NCBI GenBank assembly: GCA_902531515.1
Contig: CACAEJ010000005.1
Span: forward strand, 7,017 to 71,016
Source of the DNA: an uncultured Pseudohongiella sp.
GTDB taxonomy: Bacteria; Pseudomonadota; Gammaproteobacteria; Pseudomonadales; Pseudohongiellaceae
Reading direction: 5' to 3'
DNA length: 64,000 bases
Of this stretch, positions 38,946 to 48,433 are shown piece after piece. Under the pieces are notes generated by a model, which was not told the DNA's origin, made no database searches, and was given only the letters and a program-made list of their open reading frames with translations. A program made the position numbers and the translations under genes. Each line of letters opens with the position of its first letter. Position 1 is the first letter of the stretch.

Positions 38946-39103
38946 ATCAATATTAAGAAGGCCCAAAAAGGGGTGCGGGGGCTATATTATTAGGCCCATA
39001 TCAATGCATTTCAGGGGGCTATCAATGTTTTGTTGGTATCTAGGAAGGTATCTAAAGTTGATAATAACGCCCAGAAGCTTGATAATATAAGGGTTTGTCG
39101 CTG

Positions 39104-39181
39104 CCGCCCCTGGGCACCACCTAACCTCCTCGGCATTCCTATATCTATCTAAATCCAACTACAGGCATTACTGATAGTCAG
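39104..39181 (+). repeat. direct repeat copy 2 (tRNA-Phe 3' end plus flank; att-like)
   Basis: CCGCCCCTGGGCACCACCTAACCTCCTCGGCATTCCTATATCTATCTAAATCCAACTACAGGCATTACTGATAGTCAG. A GCCCAGA at 39069 may be a remnant of the acceptor 5' strand. Confidence 0.85.
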
Positions 39182-39366
39182 AAATTGAGGGCTTTTTAGC
39201 CATCCTATTGGCTAAATGATTCAAAAACTCTGGTTAGTCAACTTCTTAACTTATTTTTCTCCAACCTAGCATTAATTAATAGCCTTCAGAGTAATAAGAA
39301 TCAGCTAGACTTGACAGCGGTAAAAAGTGACGACCCTGAATTCGGATAGACCGATGACCTATCAAG

Positions 39367-41022
39367 TCACGCCCTTCCAGGAACAGCGCGTTGAGCAATA
39401 TCTGCTAAAGCCAAATTTGCTGAGAGTGAACCGAATTGGTTGCCCCAATCATTACCAAGCCGACTCGATATGTATGCTTCTGCCACAATTTGCTCTCCCC
39501 GATTGACCAGTAACGCTGATGACCACAACTTTGCCATCAGCTCTACTAGCCTTCGAGCATTAGCTTCTTTAATTTGCTCCGAAAGTAGCTCTTTAAGCCC
39601 ATCAAGATGTTTATTGATCTCTGGATGACCACCCCCCAACTCAGAGACTTCGACGAAAAAAGACTCCATGGTATTTGGCGACCGTTTTATTGCTCGCAAA
39701 ACATCTAGAGCAATAATATTACCCGCCCCCTCCCAAATAGAATTTAGTGGAGCTTCCCGATAAAGTCGCGGAAGAATTGATTCTTCGACATAACCATTTC
39801 CTCCGACACACTCAAGCGCTTCAGAAACAACTGATATGGATCTTTTGGACAACCAATATTTTGCTACCGCAGAACCTATTCGCGCCAAACTAGCCTCTTG
39901 CTCTCCCAAATTCGACCTCTCATAGAGGCCTGCTAGCCGAAAAATCATATGGGAGGCTGCCTCAACCTCAACCTCTAAGTCAGCAACGACATTCTCCATT
40001 AAAGGTTGGTCTATCAGAGTTCTTCCAAATGCTGAGCGATTTGCGACGTGCCATCCTGCTTGCGCAACCGCCTGGCGCATCAGGGCGACTGCCCAGATGG
40101 TGCAATCAATCCTCGTGGCGTTAACCATCTTAATAATTGTTGGGACTCCTCTTCCCTCCTCCCCTACTATCCAGCCCTTTGCATTATTATATTCAATCTC
40201 ACTTGAAGCGTTAGATCTGTTACCAAGCTTGTCTTTTAGACGCATTAGAGCTATCGAATTCTGAGTTCCGTCTGAAAGTACTCTGGGGACTAGAAAACAT
40301 GAGAGGCCACGCGGTGAGTTCGCCAACATGAGAAATGCATCGCACATGGGTGCGGAAGTAAACCACTTATGCCCAGTTAAATGATAACAGTACTCTCCTT
40401 CCTGAGGCGCAGGAACAGCAGTTGATGAGCTCGCACGCACGTCGCTCCCTCCCTGTCGCTCTGTTAAGCCCATACCTAATAAACAGCCTGATTTTTCCGC
40501 AGGATTAATCAACCGATAATCGTAAGAGTTTGTTCTAATTCGAGGCTCCCAAATTGCAGCGAGTGAGGGCTGCTCTCGCAAAGCCGGCAATACCGCTCCA
40601 GTCATAGAAATGGAACAACCGTGGCCAACTTCGACCTGCGCCATCATAAACATTCGAGCCATTCGAGCAACATAACCCCCATCCCCGGGAACACAGCCAT
40701 AATGAGAGCAGTGAAGACCGGACTCGATTGATAATTTCATCAGAGAGTGATAGGACGGATGGTAATGAACCTCATCTACTCGCTTGCCAAACCGATCATG
40801 GGTTACTAATTTAGGAGAATGACGATTTGACTGGTGCCCCCACTCATATGTTTCAACAGAGCCAACTTTTGCACCAAAAATTTCTAAATCTTCAATTTTA
40901 TCACCAATGCCTTCTAAATATAGTGCATTTTTGAGCACAGGATCTGTTGTAAATAAATTGTATGGTTCCAATGCGCTCGGCTGATTAGTATTGACTGAAG
41001 TCAACTTATTATAGTGTGACAA
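39367..41022 (-). CDS. aidB: AidB-like acyl-CoA dehydrogenase
   Basis: 551 aa with GMGLTERQGGSDVR, LKDKLGNRSNASSEIEY and LPRLYREAPLNSIWEGAGNI, collinear with E. coli AidB. TTG start. Confidence 0.88.
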   Translation of the reverse strand: MSHYNKLTSVNTNQPSALEPYNLFTTDPVLKNALYLEGIGDKIEDLEIFGAKVGSVETYEWGHQSNRHSPKLVTHDRFGKRVDEVHYHPSYHSLMKLSIESGLHCSHYGCVPGDGGYVARMARMFMMAQVEVGHGCSISMTGAVLPALREQPSLAAIWEPRIRTNSYDYRLINPAEKSGCLLGMGLTERQGGSDVRASSSTAVPAPQEGEYCYHLTGHKWFTSAPMCDAFLMLANSPRGLSCFLVPRVLSDGTQNSIALMRLKDKLGNRSNASSEIEYNNAKGWIVGEEGRGVPTIIKMVNATRIDCTIWAVALMRQAVAQAGWHVANRSAFGRTLIDQPLMENVVADLEVEVEAASHMIFRLAGLYERSNLGEQEASLARIGSAVAKYWLSKRSISVVSEALECVGGNGYVEESILPRLYREAPLNSIWEGAGNIIALDVLRAIKRSPNTMESFFVEVSELGGGHPEINKHLDGLKELLSEQIKEANARRLVELMAKLWSSALLVNRGEQIVAEAYISSRLGNDWGNQFGSLSANLALADIAQRAVPGRA

Positions 41023-41061
41023 TTGAGCCTCTCTATTCTATGGCGTGCTAATGCATTTCAC

Positions 41062-41087
41062 TTAAAAGACCGACTTTTCATAAGTCG
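41062..41087 (-). terminator. possible rho-independent terminator after the YHYH gene
   Basis: In minus sense, CGACTT-ATGAA-AAGTCG followed by GTCTTTT. Confidence 0.4.
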
Positions 41088-41146
41088 TTACAGAAAAGCA
41101 GAGTAAGATTATTGTTGTTAGTAGTTTGTTCATATTTAATAAGATT

Positions 41147-42517
41147 TCAATTACGACAGGCAACTTCAACCTCGCCGGGTAAATCTCGATCATTTCGATA
41201 TTCAAATTCCCAGCAATCCTTGTCTCTATCGATCAAAAAGTAGATTACCGAGCTTGTTCTCAAACCATCAAAGCTCTGATGCTCAAAGTGATATTTTCGG
41301 TCAGCATCAACATAAAAATCTGTTACGACCGTCGTAGAAGCCTCCCCAAATTTACCACCATATGAGTTTGATTGGCCTTGTCTCCGCTCTTTTAGTACCC
41401 CTGGTTCGATTTGAAGCGATTCATCAAAATAAGCCCTATGACAACCTTGGATATAGGGTGGAATAGCGGTTGTATAGTAACGTTGTTCACCGTTAGGCAT
41501 GGTAACAAAATTGCAGTCGTCAAGTGGTTTTTGTGGAAGGTTATTTATTGCATTGTAACGACCCCTGCCGTAGTAATCAGTCCCACCAGTTCCATAATAG
41601 ACAGGCACTCCATCGAGACTAAATGCGATCGGAAAAGCCAAGTCATGAATGTCCAGAAGGCAGACTGGTGCGTAGTGATAGTGATAGTCGTCACCCTGTC
41701 CAGCATGCCCTCCACATTGATCAAGTTCGCCTTGTATAACTGTATCTGAGCGAGCGTCATAATTTTCAATCAATGTTGAGCCGTCAGGCCTTCGTTCATA
41801 GTGAAATATTGGCACTCCATTAATCGCAACAGCAATGGGGCCTCGCGGCGATGCCTCGATCTTCTGATCGCTCATTGTCGGATTTAAAGGGATCCGCCAT
41901 TTGTAGTGATATGGAACCGGTACTCTTAAAATCCAACTAGTAATTCCGACGTTGGATTTATCCTCAGAAAGGCTAGGAAAAAGATTAGGTAAGCCTGTGA
42001 GAGTGTCGATGTGGAGATATTCGCTTCCACAATATGGGGAAGACAAGCCAGTATATGGCTTAAATCCGGGTAAGAAACGAGCACATTGCGAATCATTATA
42101 ACTTTTCAAGTACTTTAATTTAGGTATTCCAGAATCAGTCGTCAATAATAACTGCAGGGCCGTTTTTTGCGCACCTACCATTACTGAGTTCAAAAATAAA
42201 ATATTGCTTTCTGATTCATAAAAATTTCCTGTATTTCTAGGGTCAACCGAATCACTCGATTCAATTAATTCTAGCCAAGTATCTGGCGCGGTGTATGAAA
42301 CTTTGAAAGAAAGGTCGAAAAATTTTAAGCTGTCACTACTTACGCTTGGTACGTGTAAAGATGCAGTTTCAGCGTCATAGTGGGCATAGTTTATGGTGTG
42401 ACTATGAGTTACTTTATGCGATATAAGTATACCAACTATTGCAAGTTTGCTTAGTGATACAAATGAAAGCTTCCGCTTACTACAAAAGCTCTTCTTTATT
42501 AACAATTTTTCCACCAT
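41147..42517 (-). CDS. secreted YHYH-domain protein
   Basis: 456 aa with [17 protein letters not shown], the hallmark of the YHYH family, and a hydrophobic N-terminus. The start is uncertain because it overlaps the gpmA end. Confidence 0.75.
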   Translation of the reverse strand: MVEKLLIKKSFCSKRKLSFVSLSKLAIVGILISHKVTHSHTINYAHYDAETASLHVPSVSSDSLKFFDLSFKVSYTAPDTWLELIESSDSVDPRNTGNFYESESNILFLNSVMVGAQKTALQLLLTTDSGIPKLKYLKSYNDSQCARFLPGFKPYTGLSSPYCGSEYLHIDTLTGLPNLFPSLSEDKSNVGITSWILRVPVPYHYKWRIPLNPTMSDQKIEASPRGPIAVAINGVPIFHYERRPDGSTLIENYDARSDTVIQGELDQCGGHAGQGDDYHYHYAPVCLLDIHDLAFPIAFSLDGVPVYYGTGGTDYYGRGRYNAINNLPQKPLDDCNFVTMPNGEQRYYTTAIPPYIQGCHRAYFDESLQIEPGVLKERRQGQSNSYGGKFGEASTTVVTDFYVDADRKYHFEHQSFDGLRTSSVIYFLIDRDKDCWEFEYRNDRDLPGEVEVACRN

Positions 42518-43109
42518 TAAAGGTATAAACTATAGGAGCTCCAGTTGGTATCTCAAGCTTAACTATTTCAGTTTCACTCAAGTCATCAAGTTGCTTGATT
42601 AACGACCTTAGGGAGTTCCCATGGGCAGCTATAAGGACATTTTTACCTTTATAGATTTGAGGAAATATTTGATTTTTAAAGAAGGGCAGAACTCTTTCTC
42701 CTGTATCTTTCAGGCTTTCACCACCAGGTGGGGGCATATCGTATGATCGCCTCCATATATGCACTTGCTTTTCCCCCCATTTTTTCCTCGCATCATCCTT
42801 ATTTAATCCAGATAGATCACCATAGTCCCTTTCATTCAACGCCTTATCCCTGGAGATAGAAATAGAATCTATAGATAATTCATCAAGAATAAGGTCTCCT
42901 GTAGCAATAGCTCTTGTTAAAACAGACGTAAAGAGCGCATCAAACTTTATTCCTTTTGATAAAATTAACTCTCCAGCCTTTTTAGCTTCAAGTTTCCCCA
43001 GATTGGTTAGATCAGGATTCCTCCACCCGGTAAAAAGATTCTTTTCATTCCATTCGCTTTGCCCATGCCTAACTAGGACTAAATAATTTAGCACTTCCAT
43101 TATCTTCAA
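42480..43109 (-). CDS. gpmA: 2,3-bisphosphoglycerate-dependent phosphoglycerate mutase, short form
   Basis: [20 protein letters not shown] (RHG catalytic motif), ERDYGDL and AAHGNSLR; 209 aa. Confidence 0.88.
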   Translation of the reverse strand: MKIMEVLNYLVLVRHGQSEWNEKNLFTGWRNPDLTNLGKLEAKKAGELILSKGIKFDALFTSVLTRAIATGDLILDELSIDSISISRDKALNERDYGDLSGLNKDDARKKWGEKQVHIWRRSYDMPPPGGESLKDTGERVLPFFKNQIFPQIYKGKNVLIAAHGNSLRSLIKQLDDLSETEIVKLEIPTGAPIVYTFNGGKIVNKEELL

Positions 43110-43309
43110 ACCCTAAATCTATTTGAAAAGATACATCGCTGATGCTCGGACTGAATTCATTTCCCAACTCAGCATCAGTCGAACGATAATCATACATACC
43201 TTCGACGTCAAAACTTTCCTAGTAGTAGAAGTCTACAGAAATAAACTAAAAAGATCGTGTCGCAAGCAAACAGGCGTCACATTTCTGAAGTTTTATATAC
43301 CGAATACTA

Positions 43310-43366
43310 AGGTAGCTCAGAAGAAAATCCTCGTGTTGGTGGTTCCATTCCGTCCCTGGACACCAC
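43310..43366 (+). pseudogene. decayed tRNA-Phe copy with an internal 16-nt deletion
   Basis: AGGTAGCTCAG (D-arm) is joined directly to AAGAAAATCCTCGTGTTGGTGGTTCCATTCCGTCCCTGGACACCA. The acceptor 5' strand is missing and several stem positions are mutated. Flank similarity to copy 1 continues to about 43425. Confidence 0.75.
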
Positions 43367-43501
43367 CTAAACACTTCCAGATCTATCCATTTACAACTAG
43401 TAGAAGCATCAAAGGTATTTAGTTAATACTAAGTCTACCACCTATTGTCTAAACCTTCTTAAATCCCTAAACTATGTTGAATTACTTACTGGTAAAGTGG
43501 C

Positions 43502-45340
43502 ATGAAAAAAGAGCCAAAATTGCGTCCATTCGCGTTTGTGAAAGTATCCATAAGTTTGCTTTTATTGTTCCACTTCCACCCTGAAGCTTTGGCTCAGCAG
43601 GCAGGAATTCAAGATCCGACTGAAGAATCCGGCGGAATCATTCAGCGTTATGGCCGGAACGCCGCAAATGATTTAGAGTCTATTTTAATCGACCCTGAAG
43701 CAGACCCCTTGCTGAGTAATTACTCGCCGGTAACTGACGAAGTTTTACAGAATCCCCAAGATTCCGACTGGTTAACCTGGAGACGAACCTACAATAACCA
43801 AGGTTTTTCTAATTTGGATCAAATAAATCGTGAAACAGTGTCTGAACTGAAACTAGCCTGGCATCAGCCGGTTACATCAGGCAATAACATGCCAACTCCC
43901 TTGATTCATGATGGTGTTATGTTCCTCTACAGTGCCGGCGATGTGGTATTGGCACTCGACGCCACTAATGGCAGATTACTCTGGCGATATAGTCATAATG
44001 GGGATGCTGCAACGAGCCATAAGTTCGGTATCGCACTGCATGGAAATAAGGTTTTAGTTCCAACCTCAGACTTACATATGGTGGCGCTGGACGCGCAGTC
44101 TGGAGCAGTTGTTTGGGACCATGCTATCGATGTTGGTGAAAATACTGGCTATCAGCTGCGAAGCGCACCGACAATTGCTAAGGGTCAAGTGATTCAGGGA
44201 ATGGCCGCTTCTTTTGTGCCTGGCGGGGGTTTCATTATTGCCATTGATCTGGAAACAGGAAAAGAAACCTGGCGCTTTAACACTTTAGCGAGACCGGATG
44301 AACCAGGAGGGAATACTTGGAATAATATGCCGCTAGAAGAAAGGCAAGGAGGCTCGGTATGGAATACCGGCGCGTACGACCCAGATTTGGATCTTGTCTT
44401 CTATGGCGCATCTCCAACCTACAATACGGGTCCATTGCTTTATCCCCTGGGCGTTGACGGCGTTAGCAATGATGCTTTGTACACTAATACTACGTTAGCA
44501 CTTCGTCCAGCTACAGGTGAGCTCGTTTGGTATTATCAACATGTCGCTAATGATCAGTTTGATCTGGACTGGATTTTCGAGCGGACAATCGTAGAGCTTG
44601 AAGTTGGTGGCGAATTGAAAAAGGTGGTTGTTACTGCAGGAAAACCGGGTCTGTTTGATGCCCTCGATGCTGAAACAGGGGAATACATTTTTTCGGTAGA
44701 TCCAGGATTGCAGAACGTATTCAGTTCTGTAAATCCGTTAACCGGCGAGAAGACTGTTAATCCTAATGTTTTCCCCGATGCCGAGGAAATTCGGACCGTC
44801 TGCCCTTTTTATCAGGGGGGGCGCAATTGGCATGCGTCTTCTATAAACAATGACACAGGCTATCTTTTCGTTCCCATGTTCGAAGTATGTATGGATACCC
44901 GCTTAGACGGCACCGGCACATTGTTGTCGAGTGGGCTCGGGACAGAAACTATTCCTGTACCCGGATCCGACGGTAACTACGGGAGATTGCAAGCTATTGA
45001 CCTTAAAAATAGGGAACTTGCATGGCAATATCGGCAAGAAGTCGTGCCAGCATCGGCGAGTTTGGCTACGGCAGGCGGCTTGGTATTTCTAGGGTACCTT
45101 GATCATGACTTTAAAGCCTTTGATCAAAGAACTGGAAATGTTTTGTGGGAAACCAAGCTGGATGCAATTCCTGCGGCATTCCCTATTACTTACAGTGTGG
45201 ATGAGAAGCAATATATTGCAGTGGTTGCGGGCCAGCTGAACATTCATACGGGCATTTGGCTAGGTCTTATGAATAAATTTACTGGTTTTGTGCCAGAAAG
45301 TCCTGGATCAGCTTCACTTTGGGTTTTTGCACTGGAGTAA
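43502..45340 (+). CDS. PQQ-type beta-propeller dehydrogenase-like protein, secreted
   Basis: Signal peptide plus recurring propeller W-motifs (LLWRY, VVWDH, ETWRF, LVWYY, LAWQY, VLWET). No adjacent Cys-Cys pair was seen. Confidence 0.7.
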   Translation: MKKEPKLRPFAFVKVSISLLLLFHFHPEALAQQAGIQDPTEESGGIIQRYGRNAANDLESILIDPEADPLLSNYSPVTDEVLQNPQDSDWLTWRRTYNNQGFSNLDQINRETVSELKLAWHQPVTSGNNMPTPLIHDGVMFLYSAGDVVLALDATNGRLLWRYSHNGDAATSHKFGIALHGNKVLVPTSDLHMVALDAQSGAVVWDHAIDVGENTGYQLRSAPTIAKGQVIQGMAASFVPGGGFIIAIDLETGKETWRFNTLARPDEPGGNTWNNMPLEERQGGSVWNTGAYDPDLDLVFYGASPTYNTGPLLYPLGVDGVSNDALYTNTTLALRPATGELVWYYQHVANDQFDLDWIFERTIVELEVGGELKKVVVTAGKPGLFDALDAETGEYIFSVDPGLQNVFSSVNPLTGEKTVNPNVFPDAEEIRTVCPFYQGGRNWHASSINNDTGYLFVPMFEVCMDTRLDGTGTLLSSGLGTETIPVPGSDGNYGRLQAIDLKNRELAWQYRQEVVPASASLATAGGLVFLGYLDHDFKAFDQRTGNVLWETKLDAIPAAFPITYSVDEKQYIAVVAGQLNIHTGIWLGLMNKFTGFVPESPGSASLWVFALE

Positions 45341-45408
45341 TGGTTGACATAGCTGGCGCGAATTCCTTTACAAAAACTATCTAAATTACCTTTAAGCAAG
45401 GGTGTGTA

Positions 45409-45606
45409 ATGTCGAAGTTCTCTAAATTCATCAAAGAAGTTATTCTGCCAGAAACAGTCAGCAAAGAACGGAGAAAGAAAATTCTCGACGATGGAATAAT
45501 AGCTACTTGGAACAGCGATGACAGGGAGCGGAGCGTAAAAGAAGCGAAAGAACTAGCCAAAGGAGCATACAAGAAATCACGCTCAAGCAGCGATAAAGAA
45601 GACTAA
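45409..45606 (+). CDS. small highly charged hypothetical protein
   Basis: 65-aa ORF rich in K/E/R/D/S with no recognisable family; coding status uncertain. Confidence 0.35.
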   Translation: MSKFSKFIKEVILPETVSKERRKKILDDGIIATWNSDDRERSVKEAKELAKGAYKKSRSSSDKED

Positions 45607-45630
45607 GTCTAAAATTAGTTAGACCTAATT

Positions 45631-46284
45631 CTATTGAGTAGGGTTTGACCCCGATTCGGATGCCACAACAGCCAACCCTGTCCCATACTCAGAGATATTT
45701 CGCTGAAAAACTCGCCAATAGTGCCACTCCTCCGCGATGTACTCCTTTCCATCGGCGTCTGTCTCTCTCACGATAGGGTCCCTTCCCCCTCGCAATCGAG
45801 CTACCTCGGCTCGGTCTCTGACCAATGCGACAGTCATTTCGTAGATCTTTCCTCCAATCTTTAAACGCACACGTGGGTCACGCTCGACGTTTCTCCACCA
45901 CGCCTTCCCGTACGGAAACTCCTTTTCCAATCTGAAAGTTTGTGCGCTCGACATCAGGTACAACTCTTCGCCACGCGGAACCAGAAGCACCGTGACAGAG
46001 TGAGGAATGCCATACCAGGTTCGAGTCTCAAGCTCGGTGCCATTTTCGGCAAATGCGTCACTAAACTGGTTCACCCAATCCCAATTCGTCACCGCGTCAC
46101 GAACAATCTCCCCCTTCAACCATAATCCGGGTCTGGCCGACCTGCCAGCAGTCATATAGCTCTCAGCACTCGGATGACCGGGAGGCAAGCCGGTCAAGCG
46201 TAACACCGAAAGTGTCCCGACTATAATAACTCCTGCCAGCAGCAAGCCGACCTTCAGCAGCTTCATCAACATAATTTCCTCCAC
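45631..46284 (-). CDS. membrane-anchored hypothetical protein (possible split-barrel/DUF385-like fold)
   Basis: N-terminal TM helix. KAWWRNVERDPRVRLKIGGKIYEMTVALVRDRAE resembles the C-terminal pattern of deazaflavin/PNPOx-like split-barrel proteins, by eye only. GC is clearly higher than in neighbouring genes. Confidence 0.55.
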   Translation of the reverse strand: MEEIMLMKLLKVGLLLAGVIIVGTLSVLRLTGLPPGHPSAESYMTAGRSARPGLWLKGEIVRDAVTNWDWVNQFSDAFAENGTELETRTWYGIPHSVTVLLVPRGEELYLMSSAQTFRLEKEFPYGKAWWRNVERDPRVRLKIGGKIYEMTVALVRDRAEVARLRGGRDPIVRETDADGKEYIAEEWHYWRVFQRNISEYGTGLAVVASESGSNPTQ

Positions 46285-46369
46285 AGTCTGTTATCAGGAT
46301 ACAGGGGACAATAACGACTTGACAACTTAAAATGATCTCTTCCAACATTAGCTACTTGATAAAGTATAA

Positions 46370-47191
46370 ATGCTGAGATCTCTTTTGATTAAAACAATGA
46401 AACTCCTACTAGTTTTAAACCTTACTGGCCTGTCTTTCGTTTGCTATGCACAAGAAGGCGGGCTAGATGCACGCATATTATCTATCTATCACGGATTAGA
46501 TCCCTTACCCCCTCTTGCTACTCGACTATGCGGACTGCCCCCCGCTCGTGGTCAAGATGGAATGCCCGTAGTATTCTCCGTCCAAGTGAACAGCGAGACA
46601 ATTTCTCCAACCGCGTTCTCTGTTGGGCTTAGCTCCGGAGAAAAAGTTACTCCTCTGTGTACGACCCTTCGCCCCGCAATGGAACCACTAGAGCAAAGAA
46701 CCGTGCTTCTCATCGGCGCCTTCAGTCCCGGAAATATAGTCCCGATCAGTGTTGAAATTGTGGAAGAGCTTGAAGATGTTAATGGAATCTCTCTGCTTGG
46801 TTTGAAAAGTGAAAACGTGACCGCGCTTGCATCTGGACCTAGTCTCGTATTTGCAGAGAACTTCACACCAAATAATCCTGGTCTAAACGGTGAGTGCCCG
46901 GGAAAGACAGAGCAAGCAGTTTTATTAACTTGGGAAGGCGGAGTAACCGGACCAGACGGCGCTGACCTTGCTGAGGAGCAGCGAACCGCAGTATCGATTT
47001 TGCTTCAAGATGGTAAATCTATACACCCACTCAAACTCGCCGATGATGACCCGGACAATCACATCATTGCTTGTATAGCGGAAAAAAGCCCGGCTATTTC
47101 CGTCACCGTATCAGCAGGCTACTTTCATGATCCAGGAAATGATTCGAATCCTAGGACTAGAACAAATGTAATTTCAAAAATAAATGACTAA
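46370..47191 (+). CDS. secreted hypothetical protein
   Basis: Signal peptide MKLLLVLNLTGLSFVCYAQ; 273 aa with no recognisable motif. Confidence 0.6.
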   Translation: MLRSLLIKTMKLLLVLNLTGLSFVCYAQEGGLDARILSIYHGLDPLPPLATRLCGLPPARGQDGMPVVFSVQVNSETISPTAFSVGLSSGEKVTPLCTTLRPAMEPLEQRTVLLIGAFSPGNIVPISVEIVEELEDVNGISLLGLKSENVTALASGPSLVFAENFTPNNPGLNGECPGKTEQAVLLTWEGGVTGPDGADLAEEQRTAVSILLQDGKSIHPLKLADDDPDNHIIACIAEKSPAISVTVSAGYFHDPGNDSNPRTRTNVISKIND

Positions 47192-47215
47192 GAACTTTGC
47201 TAGTGGAATAACCTT

Positions 47216-48280
47216 ATGAAAGACGTTTTAAAATATTTGTACCTCATCGTTTTTTCTTTTGCTCTCAGCTCTGGAATTTGGGCACAGCAAATTTTGCTAC
47301 CCGCCCAGAACTGTCAGAATCATCTTGGTTCTGACATTGTGAGCTTCGCCGATTCTGTTTTAGAAGACGAGGTAAAAAAAGCTCTATCTATTCCACAGCA
47401 AGAGCACCTTACCTGTGATCTAGCTGCCGGTTTAAAATCACTCGATGCCTCAGGATCAGGGGCGAGAAGGTCAGTTTCAGGCTCTCCAGAGTGGGATGAT
47501 CCAGAGCATTTATTCCATGATCTATCCGGCATACAAAACCTTACTAACCTAACTGATCTAGCACTTAGAAATCGGGGACTGGCAGACATTACTCCTCTAA
47601 CAGAGCTCAGCGAACTTGTGAATCTGAACCTTCACACAAACTGGATTTCTGATATTACCCCATTGCGGGGTCTAACCAAATTGGTTCGATTGCGTATTGC
47701 AGAAAACCCTCTGACAGATATCAGCGCGTTGAGTGAGCTTACCGAATTAAAGGTGCTGCGGATGCATCGCCACGGCGACTTCATTGGAGGGCAAAATCCG
47801 AGATCACATATGGGCGCATCCGGATTACTATTTACTAATGCGGTTACCGATATTAGTTCCCTAGCAACACTCACTAAGCTAGTAGACTTAAATATTCATA
47901 CACAAGATATAAGCGACCTGACGCCTTTAAGTAGCCTGACATCCTTGATTGAGTTAAGGCTCGCAGGAAACTCTTTCACTGATCTCAGCCCATTGCGTGG
48001 TCTTACCACGCTGCAGTATCTCGAGCTGACCGGTAATGACATTACAGATATAAGCCCACTTAGTGGACTTGCCAGCCTAAAACAGCTCGACCTGCGATTT
48101 AATCCTGAGCTGACCAACATACAAGCACTATTCGAAAATCCTGGTATCGGAGATGGAGATATTGTTGAGCTAAGGCATACGAATGTGTCATGTGCCGACC
48201 TTGCACGATTGGAAGACAAAGGAGTGGAGGTCCGTACCGAGTTATTTTCCTCTTGCGCGACCGCCAATAGACAAAGGTAA
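47216..48280 (+). CDS. secreted leucine-rich repeat protein (internalin-like 22-residue repeats)
   Basis: Signal peptide plus repeats of the form L..L..L.L..N.I.DI.PL. Cys-containing caps at the N and C ends are shared with the ORF at 49480. Confidence 0.85.
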   Translation: MKDVLKYLYLIVFSFALSSGIWAQQILLPAQNCQNHLGSDIVSFADSVLEDEVKKALSIPQQEHLTCDLAAGLKSLDASGSGARRSVSGSPEWDDPEHLFHDLSGIQNLTNLTDLALRNRGLADITPLTELSELVNLNLHTNWISDITPLRGLTKLVRLRIAENPLTDISALSELTELKVLRMHRHGDFIGGQNPRSHMGASGLLFTNAVTDISSLATLTKLVDLNIHTQDISDLTPLSSLTSLIELRLAGNSFTDLSPLRGLTTLQYLELTGNDITDISPLSGLASLKQLDLRFNPELTNIQALFENPGIGDGDIVELRHTNVSCADLARLEDKGVEVRTELFSSCATANRQR

Positions 48281-48433
48281 AAACCTTAACCCTCAGAGTA
48301 AGCATGTTAGTAAGGTGTTTTATTAGTTACCTTAAGTAACTAGAATAAATTGATTCCGTTAATAATCCAGAAGCGTTAGGCTCACACTGCTACTTATAAA
48401 TCTTCTCTGGAGAAAAAAGAGTCGGAACTTAAA

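Larger units (their letters stand above)
35843..39103. mobile_element. islet A: integrase-less insertion at the tRNA-Phe 3' end
   Basis: Bounded by repeat copies 1 and 2. Genes are low-GC (one hand-counted 60-nt line at 36181 gives 37%) and none is a recognisable core gene. Core synteny ends at the tRNA. Confidence 0.55.
39182..43309. mobile_element. islet B: second integrase-less segment between tRNA-derived repeats
   Basis: Bounded by repeat copy 2 and the decayed tRNA-Phe copy 3. Contains aidB, a YHYH protein and gpmA, all on the minus strand. Confidence 0.4.

Noticed and set aside
43123-43422. 99-aa plus-strand ORF in the gpmA / PQQ-dehydrogenase intergenic region.
   Set aside because: It reads straight through the decayed tRNA-Phe copy and has no RBS or family resemblance. 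It is most likely spurious.
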